From the NCBI RefSeq assembly GCF_964194155.1, contig NC_135884.1, forward strand, positions 125,674,001-125,738,000: a stretch of DNA of 64,000 nt, given 5' to 3'. Below the pieces are notes generated by a model. It was not told the origin of the DNA. It ran no database searches and saw nothing but the letters and a program-made list of their open reading frames with translations. Below are positions 39,136 through 51,314 of this stretch, one piece after another. Both the position numbers and the translations under genes were made by a program. Within the stretch, counting starts at the first letter, position 1; each line of letters begins with the position of its first letter. The DNA is from Cetorhinus maximus. Lineage: Eukaryota.

Positions 39136-39539
39136 CCTATGTAAAACCATGTTCACTTTTCTCTATACTTGTATCTGTATTAAATTCCAGCTCATTTTCT
39201 CATTGACCGTGTATTGTTTTTCCCAGGTGGGTAAATTCGCCCATGTAAATCAGTACCGTATCTTCCACGAGTACTACACTTCAGGAAGGATATCTTTTTA
39301 AAAAATCTTTTGTTACATAAAATCAGAGTAAACGACAACAAACCCTGTTCTTTATGGTAGAAAAGTATTTTACCAACTGAAGTTGCAACAGCATTTAAGT
39401 AAACTAAAACTCCACTCACTTACTCTACACGTTTTCTACTCGTTATAAGTTGCTCTCCAAAGTCTGTGATTTGGGGACAAACAAGACATTTATAGCTCAT
39501 GTCACCTTCGCACAAGAATTACAGAACGAGATAGGCTGG

Positions 39540-39695
39540 AACTCGCCTACCGCCGCAGCGATTGCTGGACATCAGCTGGTCCCGGGAGACCCGTCAATCA
39601 AACCACATCCACCAATAGACTGCGACTTCCGGAGAGCAATCCACCAATGGCTTTACAGCGCGGGATCAACAGGCGAACGGAAGTAACGCTGTGAA
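39540..39695 (+). promoter_or_regulatory. Candidate FANCA promoter (small CpG cluster)
   Basis: CCAAT boxes at 39612 and 39644 (32 bp apart), ETS sites ACTTCCGG (39625) and CGGAAGT (39678), E2F-like GCGCGGGA (39658); about 950 bp upstream of the FANCA ATG. Confidence 0.65.
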
Positions 39696-39719
39696 CAGGA
39701 GAGAGAAAGAAGATGCAAA

Positions 39720-40220
39720 ACAGCAGCAGCAGCAGGCAAGGAGATAGGAGGAACAACAATGTTAATGTTTAATTTATTGCAGCAGGCAAGGAGATAGGGG
39801 TAACAAAAATATTAATGTTTTTGCAGCAGAGAAGGAGATAGGAGTGACAGCCCTGTTAGTGTTTAATGTATTGCAGCAGTAGAGGAGACAGTAGTGATCA
39901 CAGTGTTAGTGTTTAATGTATTGCAGCAGTAGAGGAGACAGGAGTGATCACAGTGTTAGTGTTTAATGTATTGCAGCAGTAGAGAAGGAGACAGTAGTGA
40001 TCACAGGGTTAGTGTTTAATGTATTGCAGCAGTAGAGGAGACAGGAGTGATCACAGTGTTAGTGTTTAATGTATTGCAGCAGTAGAGGAGACAGGAGTGA
40101 TCACAGGGTTAGTGTTTAATGCATTCGCAGCAGCAGAGAAGGAGACTGTAGTGATCACAGTGTTAGCGTTTAATGTATTGCAGCAGTAGAAGATTATAAG
40201 TGACAGCATTATTGCAGCAA
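39720..40220. repeat. Minisatellite, ~50-bp unit, ~9-10 copies
   Basis: Unit gcagcagtagaggagacaggagtgatcacagtgttagtgtttaatgtatt starts at 39873, 39923, 39973 etc.; degenerate at both ends. Confidence 0.95.
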
Positions 40221-40640
40221 AAAGATGGAGTAAGTTAGCATGAACACGGTACATATTTGTACAGCTATAGCAATGAGTTATGGGTTGCCACAGCACGCAG
40301 GCTTAACCAATTAATAAGGTTATAGCAAAGAGGTGGAATTAGCAATTCATACAGTTACAATAGTGAGATAAATAGCAACAGAATGATTTGAAAATAATTA
40401 TCATTAGCAATGTTATACCTGTACCAGAGTTAAAGCTATTAATAGTTGAAGCAGTTGAATAGTTGAAATGAGCTAGAATTTAATGCAGATACAGTTTAGA
40501 GAAAGGTGAACATTGTTTTACAGTAGAGAATGAATGGTGTAGGGAATAATATGAAAGAAAACTGTTAACATAAGGTGGTATTTGTTCAGATTTTCCATAT
40601 TTGTTTACATTGTGACAGTGCTTTTTGTGTAAAATACAGA

Positions 40641-40716
40641 ATGTCCGGTGTTACCTCCGATAATCTATCCTGTTCCCCTGATATGACTCAGAGGAAGACA
40701 CTCCCACAATTGTTGG
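40641..40716 (+). CDS. FANCA: Fanconi anemia group A protein, coding exon 1
   Basis: MSGVTSDNLSCSPDMTQRKTLPQLL+G; donor GTGAGT at 40717; 76 nt, phase 1, in frame with the next exon; LL ending as in human ..WAELL. Confidence 0.72.
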
Positions 40717-41871
40717 GTGAGTTTATGTTGAATTTATAATTAATATGGTTCCTTATTTTCAAGCTTAGGGCTGAATAAAAGAGACATTATCTTCACTAAA
40801 CATTGCCTGATGAATCCTGTTTGGGGAGGCAAAAGGGGATGTGTCATTTTTGCTAAAATCACTTTTTAGTCAGAGTTAATATGTGTCAGCTAATAAACAG
40901 TATGGCATTAAATATTTGTAAACATGTGAAACAAACTATAAACCTACAACAAAAGGGAAGAAAATCTGAAATTGTGTGGATTTGTGGGTGTAATTCAGTC
41001 TAAAGAAATGCAAGGTACCACAGAATAGAAAAAAACAGATGTGATTAATTGATAACCTGATAATTAAGGCACCCCTAGGTAGGAGCGATTTTAATATGAT
41101 TGAATGTTACATTCAGTTTGAGGGAGAAAAGAGTGGGTCAAAGACTAGTATTTTAAACTTAAGGGCAATTTTGAGGTCATGAAAGCAGAGTTAGCTAAAG
41201 TGAGGTTAAGGGATAGGTCAATAGAGATGCAGTGGCAAATATTTAAAGGATTATTTCAGAATACACAGAATAGATACATTCCAATGAGAAAGAAAAATTC
41301 CAAAGGAAGGACCCACCATCAGTGGTTAACTAAAAAAGTTCAACACCGTATTAAACTGAAAGAAAAAGCATATAATTGTGCAAAGACGGGTGGCAGTTCA
41401 GAAGATTGGACAGAATATAAAGAATGACAAAAAAATTAATGAGGAGGGAAAAATTAGAGTATGAGAGAAAGCTAGCTAGAAATATAATGATGGATAGAAA
41501 GAGTTTCTATAGATATCTAAATAAGAAAAGAGTTAACAAAGTGAGCATTGGTCCTATAGAAAGTGAGCCTTGGGAATTAATAATGGAAAATAAGGAGATG
41601 GCAGATGAATTGAACAGGTATTTTGCATCGGTTTTCACCATAGAGGGTACGAGTAGCATCCCAGAAATATCTTTAAATCAGGAAATGGAAGGGAGGGAGG
41701 AACTCAGGAAATTTACAATCACCAGCGAAGTGGTATTGAGCAAATTGTTGGAGCTATGGCTGACAAATCTCTGGGTCTTAATGGGCTTCATCCTCGGATC
41801 TTAAAAGAAATGGCTAGTGAGATAGTTGATGCGTTGGTTTTAATTTTCCAAAATTCCCTAGATTCGGGGAA

Positions 41872-44800
41872 CCTAAGAAATAGGAGCAGGAGTAGGCCAT
41901 TTGGCCCCTCAAGCCTGCCCTGCCATTCAATAAGATCATGGCTGATCTGCCCCAGGCCTCAAGTCCTCTTTTGTGCCAGCTCCTCATTGCCCTCAACTCC
42001 CCAATATTTCAAAAATCTATCTACCTCCCCTTTAAATACTTTCATTGATCTAGCCTATACAATTCTCTGGGGTAAGAGAATTCCAGACATTCACTACCCT
42101 CTGAGAGAAGAAATTCCTTCAATATCTCAGTTTTAAATGAGTGTCTCCTTACTCTGTAACTATGTCCCCTAGTTCAAGATTCCCCCACTAGTGGAAACAT
42201 CTTCTCAACATCTACCCTGTCATGCCCCCTCAGAATCTTGTATGTTTCAATAAGATCACCCCTCATTCTTCTAAACTTTATAAATAAAGGCCTAACCTGT
42301 TTAGCTGTTCTTGATAGGTCAATCCCTTCATCTCAGGAATCAGCCGAGTGAATCTCTTTTGAACTGCCTCCAATGCCAGTATATCCTTTCTTAAATACAA
42401 GGACCAAAACTACACAGTACTCCAGGGACAGCCTCACCAACACCCTGTACAGTTGTAACAAGACTTCCCTATTTTTAAACTCTAACCCCCTAGCAAAACA
42501 GGCCAAAATTCCATTTGCCTTCTTAATTACTTGCTGCACCTGCATGCTAACTTTTTGTGTTTCATGCACAAGAACACCCAGATCCCTCTCTGCTGCACTT
42601 TTTTGGAGTCTCTCTCCATTTAAATAATAGTCTGCCTTTTGATTCTTCCTGCCAAAGTGCATGACCTCACATTTCCTACATTAAATTCCATCTGCCAAGT
42701 TTTTGGCCCACTCTCTCAACCTGTCTATATTGCCTTGCAGATTCCTTATGTCCTCATCACAACATGCTCTCCCATCAATTTTTGTATCGCCAGCAAATTT
42801 GGATACATTACACTCTGCCCCCTCCTCCAGTCATTAATAGTAAATAATTGAGGCCCTAGGACTGATCCTTGTATCACTCCACTAGTTACTTCTTTCCAAC
42901 TTGAAAAAGACCCATTAATCCCAACTCCCTGTGTTAACCAATCCTCAATCCATGCTAATACATTACCCCCGATACCGTGAGCTCCTATCTTGTGCAATAA
43001 TCTTTTTATATGGCACCTTACCGTATGCCTTCTGGAAATCCAAATACACTACATCTACCAGTTCCCTTTTATCAACTCTGCTTGTTATATCCTCAAAGAA
43101 CTCTAGCAAATTTGTCAAACATGATTTCCCTTTCACAAAACCATGTTGACTCTGATCGCGTTAAGCTTTTCTAAATGTCCTGCTATTTCTTCCTTAATAA
43201 TGGACTCTAGCATTTTCCCAATGACAGATGTTAGGCTGACTGGCCTATAGTTTCCTGCTTTTTGTCTCCCTCCCTTCTTGAACAGGGGCATCACATTAGC
43301 AGCTTTCCAATCTGCTGGGGCCCTCCCAGAATCCAGTGAGTTCTGGAATATTTCGACCAATGCCTCCACTATCTCTGCAGCCACTTCCGTTAAAAACCTT
43401 GGATGCAGGCCATCAAGTCCTGGTGACTTGTCTGCTTTTAGTCCCATTCATTTCTCCAATACTTTGCCCCTCGTGATAGAGACTGTTACAGGATCTTTCC
43501 TCCCATTAGCTCCTTGCTTATCCGATATCTTTGGAATGTTTATAGTGTCCTTCACCGTGAAGACCGATGCAAAATATTGGTTGAAATTATCTGCTATTTC
43601 CCTGTTTCCAATTATCAATTCTCCAGTCACATCCTCCAAGGGTCCCATACTCACTTTAGCCACTCTCTTTTTATATATCCATAGAAGCTCTTGCTGTTTG
43701 TTTTTATATTTCTTGACAGTTTACTTTCATAATCAATTTTCTCCCTCTTTATTAGCTTTTTAGTCATCCACTGCTGGTTAGTAAAAAAATTCCCAATCCT
43801 CTGGCCTACCACTAGTTTTCGCCACTTTGTATGCCTTAATTTTTGATTGGAAACTCTCCCTGATCACCTTTGTTAACCAAGGTTCACCCTTCTCATCGAG
43901 TCCTTTTTGACCGGATAAATTTAAGCGTTATGAAATATCTGTTTAAATGTCTGCCACTGCTCATCCACTGACCTTCCCCCTAGTCTATTTTCCCAGTCCG
44001 CTTTAGACAACTCTTTCTTCATACCTCTGTAATTGCCCTTATTTAAGTTGGGGACACTGGTTTGATATCCGAGCTGCTCGCCCTCAAACTGAATTTGAAA
44101 TTCTACCTTGTTGTGATCACTACCCCCTAGAGGATCCTTAACTATGAGATCTTTTATTAATCCCACTGCCTTACACAGTACTAGATCTAAAATAGCCTGT
44201 TCCCGGGTATGCTCTGCAACGTATTGCTCTAATAAACAATCCCTGATGCACTCTACAAATTCGTCTTCCATGTTATTCCTGCCAACCTGATTTGTCCAGT
44301 CAATATGCAGATTAAAATCACCCAAGACAACTGTAGCGCCCTTCTTACACGCCTCCATTATTTCCTGATTTATACTTTGTCCTACAATGAGGTAACTCTT
44401 TGGGGGCCTATAGACAACTCCCACCCGTGACTTCTTCCCCTTGCTATTCTTTATTTCCACTCAAACTGATTCCGCATCACGATCTATTGCATCTATATCA
44501 CTACTCACCACCGCACTAATACCTTCCTTTATTGACAAAGCTACCCCACCTCTTCCTTTTTGCTTATTTTTCTGGAATGTCGAACACCCTTCACTATTGT
44601 GTTCCCAGTCGTGGTCATCCTGCAACCATGTCTCTGTAATATCTATCAAGTCATATTCATTTATTTCTATTCGTGCCATTAACTCATCTATCTTGTTACA
44701 AATGTTGCATGCATTCAGATAAAGAGCCTTAAGCTTTGACTTTTTACCATTATTACTCATTCTGGTTCTAATTTCTGCTGCACCCTCTTACTTATATTTT

Positions 44801-46690
44801 CTGCCCCTTCGTGTCACACTTTGATTATCGTTCGTCTCTTCACTACCCTGCACCTCTGCTCTCTCGTTTCTTTTTGATTGTTTAAACTCTCCTTCAATTT
44901 AACACCCCCCCCCCCCCCCCCCCCTCCTTTGCGGTTCTGCTTTTTAATTTAGCCCCGAGCTGCTCGTAGTCCCTCAGCAGAACCTCTTTCCTAGCCCTGC
45001 CTCTGTCGGTACCTACGTGGACCACGGCAACTGGAACCTTCCCCCCCGACTCTCAAGTTCCTCTCCAGCCCAGAATAGATGTCCTTAACCTTGGCACCAG
45101 GTAGGCAACACAGCTTTTGGGACTCTGTCTTTGCTGCAGAGAACAGTACCTATTCCCCTAACTATGCTATCCCTATTACTACTACATTTCTCTTTTCTTC
45201 TCTGATTCCTCCAATGGCAAATGGAATTCAACCTGGAAAAGTGTGAGGTAATGCACTTGGGGAGGGCTAATGAGGCAAGGGATTACAATATGAAGGGTAG
45301 GACCCTGGAAAGTACTGAAGATTAGAGGGACCTTGGTGTGCACATCACAGAACCCTGAAGGTAACAAGGCAGGTAGATAAGGTGGTTAAGAAGGTATATG
45401 GGATACTTGCCTTTATTAGTCGAGGCATAGAATACAAGAGCAGGGAGGTTATGCTGGAACTGTATAAAACGCTGGTTAGGCCACAACTGGAGTGCAGTTC
45501 TGGTCACCACATTATAGGAAGGATGTGATTGCACTGGAGGGTGCAAAGGAGATTCACCAGGATGCTGCCTGGGCTGGAGGGTCTGAGCTGTGAGGAAAGA
45601 TTGGATAGGCTGGGGCTGTTTTCCTTGGAGTAGCGAAGGTTGAGAGGGGACCTGACAGAGGTGTATAAGATTATGGGGGGCATAGGTGGATAGGAAGGCA
45701 CTTTTTCCATTAGCAGAGGGGTCAATATTTAAAGTAAGAGGTAGAAGGATAAGAGGGGAGTTGAGGAGAAATGTTTTCACCTAGAGGGTGGTGGGAGTCT
45801 GGAACTCACTGCCTGAAAGGGTGGTTGGGTCAGAAACTCTCATAACACTTCAGAAATATTTAGATATTCACTTGCATTGCCTTAGTCTCTAGGGCTATGG
45901 GCCAAGCACTGGAAAATGGGATTAGTGTAGTCAGATCTTTGTTGATGGCATGGACACAATGGGCTGAATGGCCTCCTTCTGTGCTGTAACTGTCTATGAG
46001 ACTTGAATGGCACTCTGTACCACGGTGTTGTGGTCAGCTCGCTCATCCTCTCTGCAGTCCGTGCCCTCGTCCACACCGGGAGCAAGAACCTCTTACCTAT
46101 TTTACAAGGGCACTGGCTGAGGCTCCTCCACAGCTAAATTCTGGATCCTCATACCTGCCTCACTTGCAGTCACACCCTCCTGTCCCTGACCATGGTCCAA
46201 ATTTGATGTAATTAATCTAAGGGTTGTGACTGTCTCCTGAAACACAGTGTCCAGGTAACTCTCTCCCTCCCTGATGTGTTGCAGTGTGCAGACTCCAGCT
46301 CATCAACTCTGAACCGAAGTTCCTCGAGCAGCCAACACTTGTTGCAGAAGTGGTCACCGTGTATTGCACCGGGGTCCACCGACTCCCATGTACTACAGCT
46401 GTAATACATTGCCTGTCCAGCCATCTCTATTCTGTTTAATTAATTAATTTGGATGTTAAATATTTTAAAGGTGAATTTCTTAACTGTTCTCTTCAGCTGT
46501 AATAATGTCTCCTGATTTAAACCACTTGACCAATCAAAAGAGACACGGAAGAGATACCCATCAATCACCTACCAGTTTTCCTTTGATGTCAAACTTCGAC
46601 TCTGACAGGTAGAAACAGGTTGAAGGGGCTCTCTGCCACGGGTTGTGATCTCCTGCCACTGCTGCCCTTCTCATGCAGGTCCTCTCTCCG
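41872..46690 (-). mobile_element. Near full-length CR1 LINE (ORF1 zinc-finger/esterase remnants + ORF2 APE-RT), decayed
   Basis: ORF1: HFCNKCWLLEELRFRVDELE (46212-46424), GDSIVRG..CLPGAKVKDI..VVHVGT (~45000-45185). ORF2 from 44760: KLKALYLNA..ITETWL, YRPP, LGDFN, KSPGLDGLHPR, NYRPVSLT; 3' tail at 41872. Confidence 0.9.
45210..46000 (+). mobile_element. CR1 LINE 3' end nested in ORF1 of the minus-strand CR1
   Basis: WQMEFNLEKCEVMHLG..LYKTLVRPQLE..; tail gaatggcctccttctgtgctgtaac near 45990. Confidence 0.88.
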
Positions 46691-47775
46691 TGAAGGTTCC
46701 GTTAGATTGAAAAATAGCAAACATAACTCTTATTCAGAAAGGGAGGGAGACAGAAAGCAGAAAAATACAGGCTGGTTAGCTCAGCATCTGTCATGGGGAA
46801 AATTACTAAAGGTTTTATGGCAGGGCACTTGGGAAAATTCAAGGCAATCAGGCAGAGTCAACATGGCTTTGTGAAAGGGAAATAATATTTAACTAATTCA
46901 TTGACGTACTTTGAAGGAGTCATTGTGGTTTCCTTATTTAAGGAAGGATGTAGATGCATTAGAAAAGCAGTTTAGAGAAGGTTTATTACACCAATATCAG
47001 GAATGTTATGAGGAAAAGTTGGACAGGCTAGGCTTGAACCCACTGGACTTTAGAGGAGTAAGAGGCAACTTAATTGAAACCTTTAAGATCCTGAGGGGTC
47101 TCGACTGGGTGGATATGGAGAGGATCTAGAATGAGGTCACTGTTTAACAATAAGAGGTTGCTCATTTAAGACAGAGATGAGGGGAAATTTTTTCTTTCAG
47201 AGGGCTATGAGTCTTTGGATCTGTCATCTTATGAATATTTTTAAGGCAGAGCTAGATAGATAGATTGCTGATAAGGAAGGGGGTGAAAAGTTATCAGAGG
47301 GTAGGGGGGAGGTTACAATCAGATCAGCCATGACCTTATTGAATGGCAGAGCAGGCTCAAGGGGCCGAGTGGCCTACTCCTCATTTGTATTTTTGTTGAT
47401 GTCACAAGCATAGTATGGATAGTGTTAGAATTGATAAATGTGAAGTAGAAAGGCATCTGGATATGACCGGAGATTTGAAGATTTAAAATGTTATCATTTT
47501 GGGGTAAAGATAAATAAAGCAAAGAGTTTAATTACATTTTTAGATTAGTCGCATAAAAGTCTAAAGATGTCTTGCTAAAGCTGTACATTGCTTTGGTCAG
47601 ATTGAACGTTGAATGTTGTTTAGTTTTGGTCACTAAAAAGAAAGAAACTTTTAAACTAAAATACGGAAACAGCTTAGAGAAGGATCTCAAAGGATTGAGG
47701 AAAGACAGGAGAAGCTGGGAATCCAGCATTGAAGGGATGTGACTGTGATTAGACTGTACAGTACAAATATAGGGC

Positions 47776-50700
47776 AGGTGATGGCGTAGCTGGACGAGTA
47801 ATCCAGAGACCCAGGGTAATGCTCTGGGACCCGGGTTCAAATCCTGCCACGGCAGATGGTGGAATTTGAATTCAATAAAAAATCTGGAATTAAAAGCCTA
47901 ATGATTACCGTGAAACCATTGTTGATTGTTGTAAAAACCCTTCTAGAAATTTAAAAAAAAATTCATTCATGGGATGTGGGCATCACTGGCTAGGCCATCA
48001 TTTATTGCCTATCCCTAATTGCCCTTATTCAGAGGGCATTTAAGAGTCAACCACATTGTTGAGGGCCTGGAGTCACATGTAGGCCCGACCAGGTAAGGAT
48101 GGCAGATGTCCTTCCCTAAAGGACATTAATGAAGCAGATGGGTTTTTACAACAATTGAAAATGGTTTCACGGTTATCATTAAGACTTATAATTCCAGATT
48201 TTTATTGAATTCAAATTGCACCATCTGCTGTTCTGGGAATCGAACTCAGGTCCCCAGAGCATTAACCTGGGTTCTCTGGATTGTCCAGCGACAATACCAG
48301 TACGCCATCGCCTCCCCTTAAATCTGCCATTCTTACCTGGTCTGCCTACATGTGATTCCAGACCTACAGCAATGTGGTTGACTGAAATGGTCTAGCAAGC
48401 CACTCAGTTGTATCAAACCGCTACAAAGTCACAAAAAAGGAATGAAACCGGATGGACCACCTGGCATCGACCTAGGCACCGGAAACGACAACAGCAAACT
48501 CAGCCCTGTCAACTCTGCAAAGTGCTCCTTACTAACATTTGGGGGCTAGGGCCAAAATTGGGAGAGCTGTCTCACAGACTAGTTGAGCAACTGCCTGACA
48601 TAGTCATCCTCACGGGATCATATCTTACAGATAATGTCCCAGACACCGCCATCACCATCTCTGGGTACATCCTGTCCCACTAGGACAGACCCAGCAGAGG
48701 TGGTGGCACAGTGGTAACTGTGGTAACACAGGGCAACTCCGTCACAACTGTTGAGGGAGTCCTTAACATCGACTCTGCATCCCATGAAGTCTCATGGCAT
48801 CAGGTCAAACATGGGTAAGGAAACTTCCTGCTGATGACCATGTACTGCACCCCTCCCCCTCAACTGATGAATCAGTGCTCCTCTATGTTGAACACCACCT
48901 GGAGGGAACACTGAGGATGGCAGGGGTGCAAAATGTGTTCTGGTTGGGGTCTTCGATGTTCATCACCAAGAGTGGCTTGGTAGCACCACTACTGACTGAG
49001 CTGGCCGAGTCCTAAAGGACATAGCTGCTAGACTGGGTCTGCGGCCAGGGAATAACTGGTATGACTCCACCCAGTGGAGAGTTATCCCCCTGATTCCCAG
49101 GGAAAAACATATTTGACCTCATCCTCACCAACCTGCCTGTTGCAGATGTATGACAGTATTGGTAGGAGTGCACAGTTGTTGTGAAGACGAAGTCCTGCCT
49201 TCACATTGAGGATACCCTCCATCGTGTTGTGTGGCACTACCACCGTGCTAAATGGGATAGATTTTGAACAGATCTAGCAACTCAAGACTGGGCATCCAAA
49301 GGACATTGTGGGCCATCAGCAGCAGCAGAATTGTACGCGAACACAATCTGTAACCTCATGGCCCGGCATATCCCCCACTCTACCATTACCAGGGATCAAC
49401 CCTGGTTTAATGAAGAATGGAGGATGGCATTCCAGGAGTAGCACCAGACATACCTAAAAATGAGGTGTCAACCTGGTGAAGCTATAACACAGGACTACTT
49501 GCATGCCAAACAGCATAAGCAGCAAGTGATAGACAGAGCTAAGCGATCCCACAACCAATGGATCTGCAAATCTAAGCTCTGCAGTCCTGCCACATCCAGT
49601 CGTGAATGGTGGTGGACAATTAAACAACTCACTGAAGGAGGAGGCTCCATAAATATCCCCATCCTCAATGATGGGGGAGCCCAGCACATCAGTGCAAAAG
49701 ATAAGGCTGGAAGCATTTGCTACAATCTTCAGCCAGAAGTGCTAAGTGGATCATCCATCTCGGCCTCCTCCTGAGGTCCCCAGCATCATAGATGCCACTT
49801 TTCAGCCAATTCAATTCATTCCAGGTGATCAAGAAACGGCTAAAGGCACTGCATTAGCAAAGACTATGGGCTCTGACAATATTCCGGCTATAGTACTGAA
49901 GACGTGCTCCAGAACTTGCCATGCCCCTTGCCAAGCTGTTCCAGTACAGCTACAACATTGGCATCTACCCGGCAATGCGTAAAATTGCCCATGTATGTCC
50001 TGTATACAAAAGGCAGGACAAATCCAATTACCGGCCAATTACCGCCCCATCAGTCTACTCTAGATCATCAGTAAAGTAATGGAAAGGGTCATCAACAGTG
50101 CTATCAAGGGGCACTTGCTTAGCAATAACCTGCTCACTGACACTCAGTTGGGTTCTGCCAGGGCCACTCAGTTCCTGACCTCATTACAGCCTTAGTTCAA
50201 ACATGGACAGAAGAGCTGAACTCCTAAGCTGAGGTGAGAGTGACTGCCCTTGACATCAAGGCCCCATTTTACCAAGTGTGGCATCAAGGAGTCTGGACAA
50301 AACTGGAGCCAATGGGAATCAGGGGGATAACTCTCCACTGGTTGGAGTCATACCTAGCACAAAGGAAGATGGTTGTAGTTGTTGGAGGTCAGTCATCTCA
50401 GCTTCAGGACATCACTGCAGGAGTTCCTCAGGGTAGTGTCCTCAGCCTACCATCTTCAGCTGCTTCATCAATGACTTTCCTTCCATCATAAGTTCAGAAG
50501 TAGGGATGTTCGCTGATGATTGCACAATGTTCAGCACCATTCGCGACTCCTCAGATACTGAAGCAGTTCATGTCCAAATGCAGCAAGACCTGGACAATAT
50601 CCAGGCTTGAGCTGACAAGTGGCAAATAACATTCGCGCCACACTAGTGCCAGGCAATGACCACCTCCAACAAGAGAGAATCCAACCATCGCCCCTTGACA

Positions 50701-51308
50701 TTCAATGGCATTACCATCACTGAATCTCCCAATATCAACATCCTGGGGGTTACCATTGACCAGAAACTGATCTGGACCAGCCATATAAATGCTGTGGCTA
50801 CAAGAGCAGATCAGAGACTAGGACTCCTGCGACGAGTAACTCACCTCCTGACTCCCCAAGTCCTGTCTACCATCTACAAGGCACAAGTCAGGAGTGTGAT
50901 GGAATACTCCCCACTTGCCTGGATGAGTGCAGCTCCCACAACACTCAAGAAGCTTGACCCTGCCCAGAACAAAGCAGTCCACTTGATTGGCACCACATCC
51001 ACAAATATTCACCCCCTCCACCACCGACGCACAGTAACAGCAGTGTGTACTATCTACAAGACGCACCGCAGGAATTCACCAAGGCTCCTTCAAAAGCACC
51101 TTCCAAACCCACAACTACTACCATCTAGAAGGACAAGGGCAGCAGATAGATGGGAACACCACCACCTGGAAGTGGGTGTACCTACACCACATGGGCTGCT
51201 GTGGTTCAAGAAGGCAGCTCACTGCCACCTTCTCAAGGGCACCTAGGGATGGGCAATAAATGCTGGCCCAGCCAGCGAAGTCCACATCCCGTGAATGAAT
51301 AAAAAAAA
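47776..51308 (+). mobile_element. CR1/L2-group LINE with a tRNA-like 5' head and a single APE-RT ORF, decayed
   Basis: Head with A box (TGGCGTAG) and B box (GGTTCAAATCC). ORF pieces NIWGLGPKLGEL..PDIVILT, NYRPISLL, ALDIKAPF, GVPQGSVL, FADD, STIYKAQVRSVMEY; 3' end atgaatgaataaaaaaaa. Confidence 0.88.
47960..48318 (-). mobile_element. tRNA-headed SINE-like derivative inserted antisense into the head of its partner LINE
   Basis: Reverse complement of the 58293-58615 copy, including head (tacgccatcgcc) and tail (attcattcatgggatgtgggc). Confidence 0.85.
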
Positions 51309-51314
51309 TCGGAA

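Larger units (their letters stand above)
41035..47385 (+). mobile_element. CR1 LINE (host copy), split into 41035-41871 and ~46692-47385 by nested insertions, with an internal deletion
   Basis: The reading ..LVLIFQNSLDSG stops at ~41870 and resumes KVPLD*KIANIT.LF.KG.RQKA at ~46692. Confidence 0.8.

Noticed and set aside
39720-40220. Regularly spaced repeats resembling a CRISPR array
   Set aside because: Units are contiguous tandem copies with no unique spacers, there are no cas genes, and the context is vertebrate; it is a minisatellite
43278-43763. Long ORFs antisense to CR1 ORF2 (also 45322-45780 and similar)
   Set aside because: Shadow frames of LINE coding sequence, not independent genes
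44905-44925. Poly-C runs (also 17717-17731) as regulatory G-quadruplex elements
   Set aside because: They are internal to retroelements and homopolymer length is error-prone; no independent support
47776-47860. Functional tRNA gene
   Set aside because: The D arm is incomplete, there is an extra inserted hairpin, and it runs directly into retroelement sequence repeated elsewhere in the window
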